Source of the DNA: Podarcis filfolensis
Lineage: Eukaryota
DNA: 64,000 nucleotides
Strand: one strand, 5' to 3'
Assembly (NCBI GenBank): GCA_964270895.1
Contig: OZ185440.1
Of the stretch, positions 37,947 through 51,224 are shown one piece after another; position 1 is the first letter of the stretch; each line of letters opens with the position of its first letter. The notes below the pieces were generated by a model. It made no database searches. It had not been told where the DNA came from and saw only the letters and a list, made by a program, of their open reading frames with translations. The translations under genes and the position numbers were made by a program.

Positions 37947-39789
37947 AATCAATGTTAAGAATCCTGGGTATTGCCTATGGGAGGTGAGCTGGCCTGTTCT
38001 TCTGAACCGACCCACACATGCAGTTGTTTGACCAGGGCATTGGAATTCTAGGTTCCATTTATTTTATCAATCCCATGTTTCTAGTCCTTGAACTTGCTAG
38101 ACAATTGTGAATAGTGTTCAGTGATGACTCAAATTCGGTGGAGCTAGGGCAATATTTTTGGTGATCCATTCCTTGGATCAATTCTATTGGTCACCAAATT
38201 TTTGTATTGCCTTAAATACAAGGTGGCCCAAGGTTCTACTCCCCGCTTCTTTGAACAAAACATTAACAACAATCTTGTTGCCACTTCAGAGGGTTAGCAT
38301 GCCAGCTCTCAGCAGCTTCACCTTGTTCCCTGAGTAGAATCCCCTACCTCATGATGTAGTGTCATTCGCAGAAACATGTTGGGTGTGTGTATGTGTGTAA
38401 AGATGGCTACTCTTGTTCCTTTTGTTAAATGATAACGAGAGAGGAAAACCCAATCACATTGTTTTCTGCTTTGTGACTTTGCAAGGGGGGCGGGTATTGT
38501 GAAGGGATTTTATTGTGAATTGCATTTTGTATTTCATTGGCTGTGTGACCTGTCTAGAGAACCTGGTTGGATGAGCAGTATCTAACTGTAACAAATGAAC
38601 AAGTAAGCAATTTAAACATAATGCCTAATATTTATTTAAATTCACCCTTCTCTTGAAAGTTGCTGAATACTACCTTCCTTTTTCAGGGGATTTATGATCC
38701 TGCAAAAGTGTAAGTGTGTGTGTAGCCTTCTTTGGTTTTGACTAGTGTCCAAGATGTGTACTAATAAGAATGTCATCCATTGCTGGCAAAGTCTACAATA
38801 AAAGGGGGGGGGAATTTTATTTTTAAAAAACTACTACTACTACAAAACACATACCTGAAAGTGTAATAAATATATACTGGAATGAATCAATCATATCCAT
38901 GGATTTAATGTTTGAAGAAATGTGCAAAAGGTAGAGAAGCTGAATCTGGAAAGGGGGGGGTAACCTCTAACTCAGGTATTTTCCACTGCACATTTGAATT
39001 TCACACTTGCTGCCTTCAGAAATAGATTTTGCATTGGCACTGAGAGCAACTTAACATCTGGAAATCAATTCTTACACACAATTTCTCTCAAAGTATTAGA
39101 TTGGAAGTGCTCCTCTGACACCTATGGAAGCAACAGTTTACCCCATTAAAATTGGCTATGTTTCTTGGAAATTAAATCAATACTGAACCTCTAGATGATA
39201 TCTCATTGTGGGTTTGAAATCTGGGATGGATGCTTGTTACCCACCCATTATGAATGATTTTGGCTAAGGAAGAAAGGAAGGGAAAAAATCAATGTGACCA
39301 ACAAAGGGAAGTGAAATAAAATGATGAAACAAACAACAGTGACAAAAAGCCCAGATACAAGAGTGTCCTAGTTTAACATGTATTTATAGTATACACATTA
39401 AAAAGACGGGTCCCATTTACGGGATGGGGCATGTGCTTCTATATATATAAAAGTACACCCCACAATTCTTTATAAAATGGAAGTCTCTCCCCCTCTCTAT
39501 GCATAAGCCAAACAACCACAATAAAAACAGCCCGGGCTGCAATAAAAATAGTCTGAATTACTAGAATCAATTTCATACATTAAAGCCAAAGAGCAGGATA
39601 AATCAATTTGGTGTAAAAATAGGTAGACAGAACCCTGACCTGCAGAAAAACCTTGGTGAAATAAAAAGGTCTTCTGTCTGCTCACCTGAAGCATAAAAGA
39701 GAGGGTGTAACCAAACCTCTGTAGATAATGAGTTATGCTAACTTGTGCAGCACTCTGAGACTGTGCAACATGTACAGCACAATGCAGTA

Positions 39790-39935
39790 CTTAAACTAGG
39801 AAGATCTGGGTTTGAATCCCTACGTAGCCATGAAACTTACAGGGGAATATTGGACCAGTCACTATTTTATAGCCTAACCTACCTCATACGTTTGGTGTGA
39901 GGAGGAAAGGAGGTGATAATGAGCTCCTTGGAGGA
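39790..39935 (+). mobile_element. MIR-like/CORE SINE
   Basis: ctaggaagatctgggtttgaatccc..gccatgaaac...ggaccagtcact...agcctaacctacctca...gagctccttggaggaa. Confidence 0.6.
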
Positions 39936-40798
39936 ACAGCTAACTGGAAAAGCATTTGTAAAGGAAAGGCAATTTCCCCCCACACTCTGTAGATAGTTTC
40001 CTTTGCATTTTGCAATGGATTTTGCATAGAGATGCAACTGAAATGGAAGGTTTGGATTGAGCGATGGAACTGTGGTGAGGAAATTTGCCTTGTATCAAAT
40101 TCATACTTGGGAGTTTTTGGTTTGTTTTACTTACCAGAATAAACCATCAAGAAACAGCATAGCTAAAATGCCTATCTACAAATTTATGGCTGCCACATCA
40201 GGGCCACTCTAAATTGAAAGTACTCCACATGGCACATATTATGGGGCGGAAGTAAGCCATTCAGTGAACCACATGGTTAACTGGCCATCGCATATAGAAC
40301 AGCCACTTTTGTGTCCTCTATATCAGATTCCTAGAGCAGATTTGAGGAGAACTTGGACTGAGATGATGATGCACCAGTTTCCCAACTTGAGGAGGCACCC
40401 TCAACACTCCCTTCTATACTGAATGGCCTAAGCATGTAGCTCTCCTATCTTCCACAGAGTCTGACTCCCCTGCAGCTAATCCTGATCCACTGCACATAGG
40501 AGTATGCACTACAAACCCTTTAAATTGCATACAGCTTTCTTAAGGAGGTAGAACCATTGGAGGGGAAACTCATTCCACTCTCCTGGAAGCCTTCAGATAA
40601 CTCTAGCCATCTGCTGAGACAAAGCCTTTTTATCAGCCTACAGGGCCCAATAGGAGCTGACCAGGGTCCTGATTTTGCCTTACTGTCTGGTAATCACTAC
40701 TTTCTCCTCCCAGCCCCACCAAAACAGCATACCTAGGACTGTGTGAAATGACAACCATTATGTGTGAGCCTGACAAAGGCTGCAATCCCATGTACTCT

Positions 40799-40921
40799 TT
40801 TAAAAAAAATAATATTTATTGAGTTTTCCATTTTAATAATCCAATAAAAACTACATCAAAACATTCCAAATTACAATACAATAAAAAATGCTAAATATAA
40901 ATGCCAAATTATATATCTCAG
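40799..40921 (-). mobile_element. 5'-truncated L1-like 3' UTR insertion with 13-bp TSD
   Basis: The antisense strand ends ggaaaactcAATAAAtattatttttttaaaa; TSD TCCCATGTACTCT (40786-40798) / TCCTATGTACTCT (40922-40934); host is a palindromic repeat at about 40778-40985. Confidence 0.62.
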
Positions 40922-41149
40922 TCCTATGTACTCTCACTTAGGAGTAAGTCCCATTAAATTCAGGTCATTTTACTTTGAACAAATATCTGTAGGAGTGGTC
41001 TGCAAGAGTGCTTTCATCTCTGTGTTATATAATTAGAATCTTATTTGCTATGGCCTCAGAATTATTAAGTCTTCCTTGGTTGTCCCTTTATCTATGTAAT
41101 CAGCTCATAGATGAGGAAGTGGGAATAACTATCCCCATTACCCTCCATG

Positions 41150-41245
41150 AGTTAGAGCAGCCCCCCCTCCATATCTGGTGCCCTCTAGATGTTTTGGATT
41201 ACAGCTCCCATGAATCCCAGCTAGCGTCAGGTTGGGGGAGGCTGA
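41150..41245. mobile_element. Partial palindromic MITE
   Basis: tggtgccctctagatgttttggattacagctcccatgaatcccagc matches the 14519-family arm. Confidence 0.45.
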
Positions 41246-43389
41246 CTGCAGCACAAGTAGAACAGACACTCCATTGTGGAAAGTCCCATCAATTCTATGT
41301 TAATCGGGTGGAGAAAGGAACATCTGAAGAGGACTTTAATCTTCCCAAGTTCTGGATTACACCTTGTTCAGAAGGAGACACTACAATTTTGGCAGAAGCT
41401 TGGTACAAATTTGATCATGGATCTGTACAGAAATAGGCCAACTCCCCAGTAATTCCATGGCTGCCATAGGAATGCACAATTTTGTCACACAAATCATAGT
41501 TAAACCAATTTCTAGAAATTTTGAATTCCCAAATATTGCCCATAATTTTCAAGGCTGTTTTTGCAGGGCTTTTTAAAAAATAAAATAAAATGCCAAGGAC
41601 TTGTTTCTGTGGCATAAGCTAGTGCAACCTTTCTCCTGCCCTGTCACTTGTTTGGCTCTCCAAGAAAAACATCTGCCCATTCGGTGGAGCTCCCATTTTA
41701 TAGGGGAAATGACACTGTCCAGCTCCCTTTAGGCATGTATGTGTTGCCAGGGAACCCCTGATGAAAGCTGATATCTCATTGCTGAAGCATCTGGGGTGAA
41801 GGCTTCAGTGACTGGGGTTCCCTCTTAGATGAAACATTCATATCTGTGATTCGTGCACAATGGATTAGAGAAGATAGATTCACTTCTAATAGAAACCAAC
41901 CTAGCCGCTGGATCACTAGAAATTAAATTAACACAGGAGTTCCAATTCTACTTGATTGTAGGTTTGGGTCTGGCTGGATGGTTGCTTTGTTCACTCATTG
42001 TGTCTGATCACTGCCTCAGAGGAAATCAATAGCATGAATTCAATTGGGAACTGAAATGACAGGATAGCAAGGCCTTCCGAGTAGATGCACTTTCTTGAAA
42101 GCAAGGAATTCACTTCTCACAATCCTGCACAAAACCGAACAGTTTATGGCAATATATATCACATTTAGGGGCATCGTGAAGGACCTTCCAAGGTGTGGCA
42201 TATGCCATTTCTTTTTGAATGTCTTCATATAGGACAGATAAGCCCAATTAGCCAGGCAATGAGTGCTGCCTGTGAAACTTGTATGAGGGTAAGTGGTTTG
42301 TGATGAAATCTAACTTTGAGAGGGAGATTTCATTGCAGAGGTTTTTCCAAATCTGTTGGGGGGAAATAAAAAAGCATAAATTCTGCTCTCTTGCTCTTGC
42401 TCTTTTTTTGTATGTTATTGGAAGATGAATTAAAAGCTGTAGCTTTATTTTCCCATGGGAATAGTAATTGAAAATAAACGTTAAGAACTCCGCATGATTT
42501 CCAGTAATCTTTAAAAAATGCAGATTTGTGAACACAGTGACAAATCTAATTGAGAAGGGGACTGCGGTTTTATACAACATATTTGCTGTTATTTACAAGA
42601 CGCTGTTTTTCTTCTCTCTAATTTAAGATTTTATATGGTGTTGAACATTAGCTAAAAACATTGCTTCATAAAAAGGCAAGGGAAATCGTCCTTTGCAAGA
42701 CATTTCATCTAAGGCCTAGTTTTGAAAGCCAAGCCAAAACACATCATAATACAGGAAATCCATGGCTGGCTCTTCAAACTTCTTTTTCATTCATTGAAAC
42801 AGACACAAGGAAATACATTTCTGTTCGGCTGCAGCGCTAGGGGAGGGGTTTAACTCTTGCACCTCCCTCACACTGCAGTCCCAATGCAGACAATCCATAG
42901 AATTGCTACTTACCACATAGGGAAGAAATAGAGATTACAGGCATTGGGTTTTCTGACAGTCAAAGCTTTGTCCCATTTCCTGACTTTTCTCATATAGTTT
43001 GGTACATAAATATCAAAGACCCCTGGGAAGTTATGCACAAAATGTACCTCAATTACACCGGGGTATGTTTCACGAAACATGAACAAATGCTAAACCTTCT
43101 AGGCTTTCCGAACAATTAGCAAGCTTTGAACTATATATGTATCAAATTCCTGTTTCTTGTATAGAATGAAAGACCCTGGAACAAGGCATGTTGTGGGTCC
43201 CCCTGCCTGAGGAACAGTTGTATAAATGCCCTCTTTTCACACATCCCTTGTTGAACTATCCTTGACTGCGTACTTACCAAACTTTCTAGTCCTGCAATTG
43301 TATTGACAATTGAGTTAAGTCCCCACAACTTCAGAAGAGAGGCTGTGCTCTGTATAAAATGCTTGGATCAGCCTTGCATGTTAACTATA

Positions 43390-43555
43390 ACTATTTCTGA
43401 AACTTGCTGGGTGACCTCAGCCTACCCCCCCCAATCTCTTAGCCTAATCTACTTCCACAGGATTGTTGTGAATAAAGCAATGAGGAAAATATGTACAGTA
43501 CCCTTGGGGGAAAGATGGGGTATTGATTTACCAACTAATAAATAAATTATATTTA
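43390..43555 (+). mobile_element. MIR-like/CORE SINE 3' part
   Basis: gctgggtgacctc...agcctaatctacttccacaggattgttgtga...aataaataaat tail. Confidence 0.55.
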
Positions 43556-43567
43556 GTTAAATATTTG

Positions 43568-43569
<2 letters not shown>

Positions 43570-43607
<38 letters not shown>
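43570..43607. repeat. (AC)n microsatellite
   Basis: Visible tandem repeat. Confidence 0.96.
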
Positions 43608-43610
<3 letters not shown>

Positions 43611-44289
43611 AGGGGGCGGGGAGAATGTATTAAGTGTGGGTGGTGGTGGGATTTAATTCCACCACACTAGGTCTCTCTGTCAAATATTTCATTTTATCTA
43701 AACCTACAATATACAGTACTTCATGCCTCGGCAGCATAGTTTCTCTCTCTTCCTACTGTTTATTCCCATTGCTTATTATTTATCCTACTTTAATATACTC
43801 TTAGCATTAAATGGGTAAACAGCTTCAGAATTCCTTATTGCTCCACAGTCCAGTAAGCATAATGATGGTAGTTTTAAATGCCAGATGATGCTGATTAGAA
43901 CCATTATGTTAATATGCATTTATTTGTTTTACCTTTACCACTTTAATCTCATCCTTCACAAATTAGGGTGTTTTTTTTATTTTCTGTACTTTTTAAACCA
44001 TCCAGTGAAGGTAATTTGCCATCTTTTTCCATTTGAATTGTAAAGCTAATTGAACTTAATGGCTTTAGAAAAAAATCAATAATTTCTTACTGTTATTGAT
44101 ATAAAGGAGCTCACATAAGAGATTATCCAATGGGGACACAAACCATTTAAACAAAGTATTCAACTGTACAGTGTACTGCTTAAATGCTGCACAGACACAA
44201 TTAGAGTTTCTGGTATTCATAGGAAACAAGAACTCTGCCCCAATTCACAGATCCTTCCGGGCATCCACTCAATAGACAACCACCCTAGG

Positions 44290-44500
44290 GGTATTCACAT
44301 GTTGTTTGCAATGAGTGTGTCTCTGTGTACATATGTACACAAGCAGTTGATGTACACACATGTACAGTTCATCACATACAATGTTCAATGTGTGTAAAGT
44401 TTGTGTATGCAATAGTTGAGCTGTACCAGATAACAAGTGTACATTTTTTCACACAAACATTTGTACATGTGCAGAGGTTGTGTTCAGTGTTACATGTGAA
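44290..44500. mobile_element. Degenerate palindromic MITE-like repeat
   Basis: Inverted ttcacatgt / acatgtgaa ends with internal tgtaca repeats. Confidence 0.3.
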
Positions 44501-46373
44501 GAAGTCTTCTCAGTTCTGGAGCTGAGGTGATGATTGGATTCAGTGCCAACTGAGCCCCATACTCCACTTCATCCCCACTGGGTAGCATTCAGTGGGGTAG
44601 GTCCACCCATGGGCAGCTCCCTTTCAAAATCCCTGCAACTCAGCCTGCAGTAAGGGTAGGTTGGGAACTGCTCTTCACCCTCCAAGTGCCTCCAGGGTCT
44701 TGTCTAATCTAACGTGACCTCCATCTTTTCCTACCCGCTGCTATAGAAGCAACTGACTTTTCAGCAACCGTGTGAGATATAATCTCCATTGTACACCTAT
44801 TCAGTGTCAAATTCCCTAGGAAACCTACGCTTTCCAAGGTCCTTGGCACCTGAGTTGCTTCCATAGCAGTGAGCTATATGTCAAGAATGGAAGGAATCTA
44901 CTTGCCACTTTTTCTGGCAGAACCATGATCTAGGCAGGGTAGAGGAGGAGGTAAATGGGTGATGGGTGGATCTGAGAAGGAGGGCAAGCAGAAAGATTAT
45001 TCAGCCCGGATTACAGTAATTATGATACACAGCCCTAAAATCATGAGGAAATTCAACAGAGGATTTCAATAGTCTCTCACGGAAGAGGGAAGAGTACCTG
45101 CTTAAGATGATTCTCATATTCTGGAAATCTGCTTCTTTATTATAGCTTTCCTCACTCACTTCTCCTTTGCCATTTTCCCAACTGAAGAGCTGAAATTGAA
45201 TGCTCCTCAAGGCAGAGACCTGTCTGTTTTGTTCATGTTACTTTGCATGACACCGTGTACATTGACAATGTAATCATCATCCGTTGATTTGTTCCCAGCT
45301 GTGAACCAGGGGAGGGGGAACTGGAGAGGTTCAATCCACAGGTTTCCCAGCAGAGCCCTGCCTGCCAGAAACACTAAATGAATAGGATGATAAACGAAGT
45401 GCCAAGTGCAAATGGTTCTGTACACATTGCAGAGCAAAGATTATCTCATTCTGAAAGCTTAACCTTTGGCTCTGGGAGACCTGACATTTCAACCAAAGTC
45501 TGTACTTTTGTCAAGATGACTCAAGACTACTATCAGCACAAATACACTGAAATTGTTATAACCTCCAAAGGAACATTTGGCCTTTCCTGGACTGCTGGGA
45601 TATATTTTGCCCAGTGTCCTATTTTTCTTAACGTCTACAGAGTGTGTACTATCATTTAAGGTCTGAACTAAGTCTGTGCCACAAAGGTTTGGTGTCTTAA
45701 GAGCCATGTCTACCCAAAATATTATTGCTTCTTCTTTTTTGGATTAATGGGTAGATTTCAGAAGTTCGAAAGTTCACTCTCTAGAAAAGGGCAGGGATCT
45801 CAATTTCTTTGCCCTGTGATATGACCATATCAGCCATTTTACAAATACAAGATATTTGAAAGATATTCTTTGCCTTTCACACACTCTGCCTCTGACTCAC
45901 CATCTGAGTTCACAAAATACAATGACTGTGTCTACATGTCACTGCAGCTTCTGGCTGTATTAACACACTTTCTGAAAGCCAAAAATACTAGGGATAATCA
46001 ATGTTTCCACTCTGTAATGTTTTGGTGGGATGCATCAGTTCTTCTCTACAGAAATGATGGATTGAAGTGTAGGAGGCAGAATAGATATCACTACTCACTT
46101 CGGACATGCAGCACAAAAATGCACTGCTGGCTTCCTTGCACATCCCCTGTTTAGTCCCAGACTGGCATAGTGAACAGGTGGCATTTTTCCTGACTGTGCC
46201 AGGTACAATTGGGATATATAAGGCAACATCCTGGTGCACATGAAGATATCTCATAAGCTCCAGATCTTAGCCCAACAATTTTGATTTCTATGTCATAATG
46301 GTGCTTAGGTGAAATATACAGATTTCAATGCAAAGACCAAACCTCATAAAAATGGACACAATCTCTTTCTTTT

Positions 46374-46374
<1 letters not shown>

Positions 46375-46420
<46 letters not shown>

Positions 46421-46983
46421 TATTTATGTGTACCCCGCCCATCTGGCTGGGCTTCCCCAGCCACTCTGGGCGTCTTCCAAAAAAAATATTAAAATACTCT
46501 AATACATCAAACATTAAAAGCTTCCCTAAACAGGGCTGCCTTCAGATGTCTTCTAAAAGTCTGGTAGTTGTTGTTCTCTTTGACATCTGGTGGGAGGGTG
46601 TTCCACACGGAGGGCACCACTACCGAGAAGGCACTCTGCCTGGTTCCCTGTAACTTGGCTTCTCGCAATGAGGGAACCGTCAGAAGGCCCTCGGTGCTGG
46701 ACCTCAGTGTCCAGGTAGAACGATGGGGGTGGAAACGCTCCTTCAGGTATACAAGACCGAGGCCGTTTAGGGCTTTAAAGGTCAGCACCAATACTTTGAA
46801 TTGTGCTCAGAAACGTACTGGGAGCCAATGTAGGTCTTTTAAGACCGGTGTTATGTGGTCTCGGCAGCCACTCCCAGTCACCAGTCTAGCTGGCGCGTTC
46901 TGGATTAGTTGTAGTTTCTGGGTCACCTTCAAAGGTAGCCCCATGTAGAGCGCATTGCAGTAGTCCAAGCGGGAGATAACCAG
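46375..46983 (-). mobile_element. Young L2 LINE, 5'-truncated, with (TTA)n tail
   Basis: About 15 AAT units at 46375-46420, then the 3' UTR and ORF2 C-terminus (ORF 46507-46791 VLTFKALNGLG..YLKER...WNTLPPDVKE...AFNV; upstream SRLDYCNAL motif). Confidence 0.93.
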
Positions 46984-48164
46984 ATTTTATTGAAGCCTTT
47001 TCATAATACAATAAAAAACTAATCCAAATCAAAAATAAAAACAGAAGGAGAAAAGAAAATATAGACTCCTCTCTCTTAAAGATAGTTCTTAATGCCACAC
47101 AAAAAGTGGCAGACCCTCCCAGCTCTCATCTGGGAACTTACTTTTCTTCTCCCAGTCTCTCACCGTGGGAGATATTCAGTTCTCTGTCTCTGACTCAGAG
47201 TCCTTCCACCAACGATCTACTGTTGGCAGACTGCCGACAAAAGACATTCAATCCACCATGTTCCCTTCTGTGGAAATCCAAAAATTGACAAAGTCTCCTA
47301 GAGTTTCCTAGAAATGTCTGAGGATGCTCTAGAAGGCAATTTTGCTTCTCATTTTAGCCAGAAGGTGGTTAAAATTAGTGCCCACTTGTTACATTACATA
47401 TGTGCAAGCATTTTTGGACTTTGTCTGTGGGTGTGAGGGGGGATCCTGTTCCAATTCCAAAAAGGCCTTCACCTTAGCCAGTACTTAGGGTTCTTCATGT
47501 TTTTGGATTGGAGATAAATTTGGGAGCCATTCTAGATAGAAAAAAAATGAGAAGGGTGCTAAAGCATATGCACAGGACTTCCATATTTCTCAAACAAACC
47601 AACTGTGAGGTCACAACAAAACTACAGGCTTAAGGTACATAATAATGCAATGACATGCAAGATTATATGTTGACAAAAGGTCGTCTCTAAGCTGCAAAAT
47701 CAAGAATATGAAAAACCAGAGAGACATGAGACCCTAAAGTTCCTTATATTAGAATCAAGATAGTAAAATAAGAATGACCTTTATAAAATTAATTGCATTT
47801 AAATTACTCTTTAATCAGAAAGCCTATTCCACTTGAGTGTTTTATTGAATTAGGGACACCAAAAGATCAATGGCAATTCTATTATTTTAGGACACTTTTA
47901 GTGTTTACAAAGTGACATTTTGGAAGTGACTATTTGTAATAGCTCTGTCTATATAATCACATTGAGGACAGTCCTATGAAGCAGTACTAGTTTGGCACTG
48001 AGTGTTTTAAACTGATTTGAATGATGGAGGAAGCACTGAGGTTAGAGAAAGCTGTCAGCACATTTGCTAGAAAAATGACAAGTCTAAAGTGCATAGAAAT
48101 CAGAATCATTTTGTAGCTCTTAAGAGTCAGCTTGGAATCGGAACACACCTTGTGAGAATAAGGC

Positions 48165-48370
48165 ACGGCCAGCCAGATGCCTTTGGGAATCCCAAAAGCA
48201 GTACCTGAATACAAGAGCGATCTGCTCACTTGTGATTCTCAGGAACTGGCATTCAGAGGCATGCTGCCTCTGACAGTTGAGGTAGAACATATTCATCATG
48301 GCTAATAGCCGTTGATAGCATTATCCTCCATCAGCTTGACTGATGCTCTTTTTGAAGCCATCCAAGTTAG
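48165..48370 (-). mobile_element. CR1 LINE 3' UTR fragment
   Basis: ggccagccagatgcctttgggaatccc...actggcattcagaggcatgctgcctctgac...gccgttgatagcattatcctcc...aagccatccaagtt. Confidence 0.7.
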
Positions 48371-50326
48371 AGGATGAGTGCCTGAATCAGGGAACTTCCA
48401 GGGCTCATGGAAGCTTCCCACACAATGTAGAACCCTAGAAAATTTGAGTTCAGCATTGTTTGAGGAGCCCAAATGAGTAGAAGCATGTCTCTGCATGAGT
48501 GAGTCACCCTCCAACTCACCAAGTGCAATGGGAATGACACCAACTCTTCATGTATTGCTTTTCCTGGTTACCAGAGCAGCTAAATAGCATCTTCCAGTGA
48601 CATTCTTGGGGGAAGAAAATGACAGCTATATTAAACTTTCTGTATTTTATTAGGTTAGTCCAGCTCAGACCCTGAGAGCAAGGCCGCATCATCACCTATG
48701 TATTTATTTGCCTAATACTGTAGTTGTATTCATGTTTTTGTAAGGAAGAATTTAGTTCACTGATCCTCTTTCCAATGACTTCCAGATACTTTAGACTAGG
48801 GCTCCCATTAGCCCCAGCCAGAATGGCCTGTGGTCAGGGATAATAGGACTCAGCAACAAGTGGAAGGCATCTGCTTGCAAGAGGCTAATATAGGTGCAGG
48901 CAATTTTAGAGTAACTACAGAATAGCTTAATAGGAATGTACATCCCACAGCGGGTTACTAAAGTGATCTCTATGTGTTCAGGAGAGACATATCCTATTCC
49001 CCTTAGGTTTCTTGCTACTGAACTTTACTCCTTCCCATTTAAGAATGGAGAATACATCCTACATCCTTATCTTTCCTGCATGAGGCATGAAGCTCCAGTG
49101 CTTCTTGTTTTGTGCGTCTCTTCTGCACAGCTCATTGAGTGCAGTCTGCCCTCCCTCTGCCTGTCACTGAGGCTCTGAGGTAAAAATGTGCATATTAATC
49201 TTGATTTTAAGACCCTTCTTTTCAGACAATGCATGCAAATGTACTGAGTGATTTAAATTGGTTTTTCTCTGTTTGTAAATGTAGTGTTCTGTGACTGCCC
49301 AAGGGCAGTGCTAACATATGCTCCTTGATAACTGACATTTTTCAAAGTTTCAAGCTAGCAGACTATTTGTAACTTACTCGCATGCGCCTGTCGTACCCTT
49401 ACACCCTCCTTTGTGTGTCTTCCTTGTGTGTGCATGTGTGCACATTTGCTGTTTGCGTGTGTATGGAAAACAGATTTTAAAAAACTGCATCAAGACTTAT
49501 TCTACTTTTAAAATGGACCATGATATTGTGATCAGGCTATTCAGTGGACTTAGTGGCTGAAAGGACATTATTCCACTCTTCAGTGTGTGCCACAGGCTGC
49601 CCGTGAGTTTCTGAACACCATTGAGATGCTGTTTATGGCTTTTAAAACCAAAATTGGTACCACAGAAAATGTCTCCTCACATATGAAGTGCCACCATTTT
49701 GCAGCGCTGTCTTCCTAAAAGGAGGCCTTGTGCCATCCAGATACCTTTGCCTTCAAAGGCAAGCCTGTTGACTATTGAGGTCTAGTTGTTCCTTCCTCCC
49801 TAGGAGGCCCAGCTAAGCCTACACTTTCAACAGTTATAGGACTTAAAACATTTCTGTTCTGGCGAGCATTTGGGATTGTGGGGCTCATGTAAAAACAAAA
49901 CCTGATTGCCCTGATGAGTGGAATGGCAGAAAATGAATCTTTTAAAAACAAATAATGTGTAATATAGAAGGAGTAAATAGCCTATATGTTATCTGTAGCG
50001 ATGGGCAAGCCTCCTCCCCCCCCAGCTTATATCTACCTTAAAGTGAATGAAACTATTTCCCCTCCCCAAAATGAGTTCATTTGAAGGAGGGCCTGTACCC
50101 ATCCCAATGTTCCCAGGAATTAAATCAGCATGAGAGATTCTTCTTCCACTCCTGCCAATAGGTAAAGCTCAATAGGTAGAGCCTTCTTAATGGTGCCCCT
50201 CAGTGCTGGACAAAAAATTGACATTTTTTTTTGTCCTGATCTGTGAACTGCAGACTGGTTGGTGAGAAGCTGCTTTCTTTTTAGTATATTATTGCTGTAT
50301 TTTGCATTGTAAGTCATATTTATTTA

Positions 50327-50357
50327 TTTGTTTGTTTGTTTGTTTGTTTGTTTGTTT
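50327..50357. repeat. (TTTG)n microsatellite
   Basis: Visible tandem repeat. Confidence 0.93.
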
Positions 50358-51059
50358 CATAGGATAATGACATAGCTGAGGTGTGGGATAGAAATTCAGA
50401 TAATAATAATAATGATGAGGATGATGATTCTGTAGCTTTCTCTATTGAGATAATATATACACAGAACCACAAGAGATGGGTCATATGTGGGGATGAAGTG
50501 ACCACTGTTAGCAACTTAATAAAAAACATGTTGGTTTTTTGCAATTCATTGGTGATTATTTTCCAGCTAACAGCCTGATCCTAACCATGTTTACTCTGAA
50601 TCAGGTCCTATTAATTTCAGTTTTATTTACTTCCAAGCAAGGCCTTTAGAATTACAGCAAACATGTTCTTAGACTCACTGCTTCTTAGTCTTATTTCTTA
50701 ATGGCATCAATGGGTTTCAGTTAGCACAGAAAAAGTCTGAAGTAGAGGAGATCAAGAGTTAAATGCATAAATTAAATCAATTCCCTGCAAGCTCACTCCA
50801 TTAGAGAGTGAATGTCTCCAGAGAATCACAATGAGGGTTTTTTTTCTATAGAGAGTCATGAAAGTACTTCTCTTGATCCTCCAAGCATTTTGAAACGTTA
50901 TTGGCACCCTAGTGATGTGGACAGAATACAATTTATCAGGATCATTGCTGCTCACTTCCCTTAAAGGCTTGAGGTTGGATATGCACTACCTTGCTTACAC
51001 AATAAGGCTTGAAAGTCTGAAGGAGTCGATTAATCATGGTTCATCTTTAAATATCGTAG

Positions 51060-51178
51060 TCTGATTCTGATTTGATTCTAGGGTGTATTTTAATTGATTG
51101 CTTGATTTTATCTTGATGTGTTATATAATTGATGCTAGCTGCTCTGAGCCTGGTTTTAGCCGGGGAGCCGGGTATAAA

Positions 51179-51223
<45 letters not shown>
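51060..51223 (+). mobile_element. L2-type 3' UTR with (ATT)n tail
   Basis: T-rich UTR, gctgctctgagcctgg...gggagccgggtataaat, then about 14 ATT units. Confidence 0.6.

Positions 51224-51224
<1 letters not shown>

Noticed and set aside
41008-41436. Longest ORF in the track (142 aa)
   Set aside because: Runs across MIR-like and MITE fragments; no recognisable domain, Kozak context or splice context; chance ORF
46507-46791. ORFs 46507-46791, 8963-9250 and 30625-30819 as a paralogous host gene family
   Set aside because: All are L2 LINE ORF2 C-termini, already listed as mobile elements
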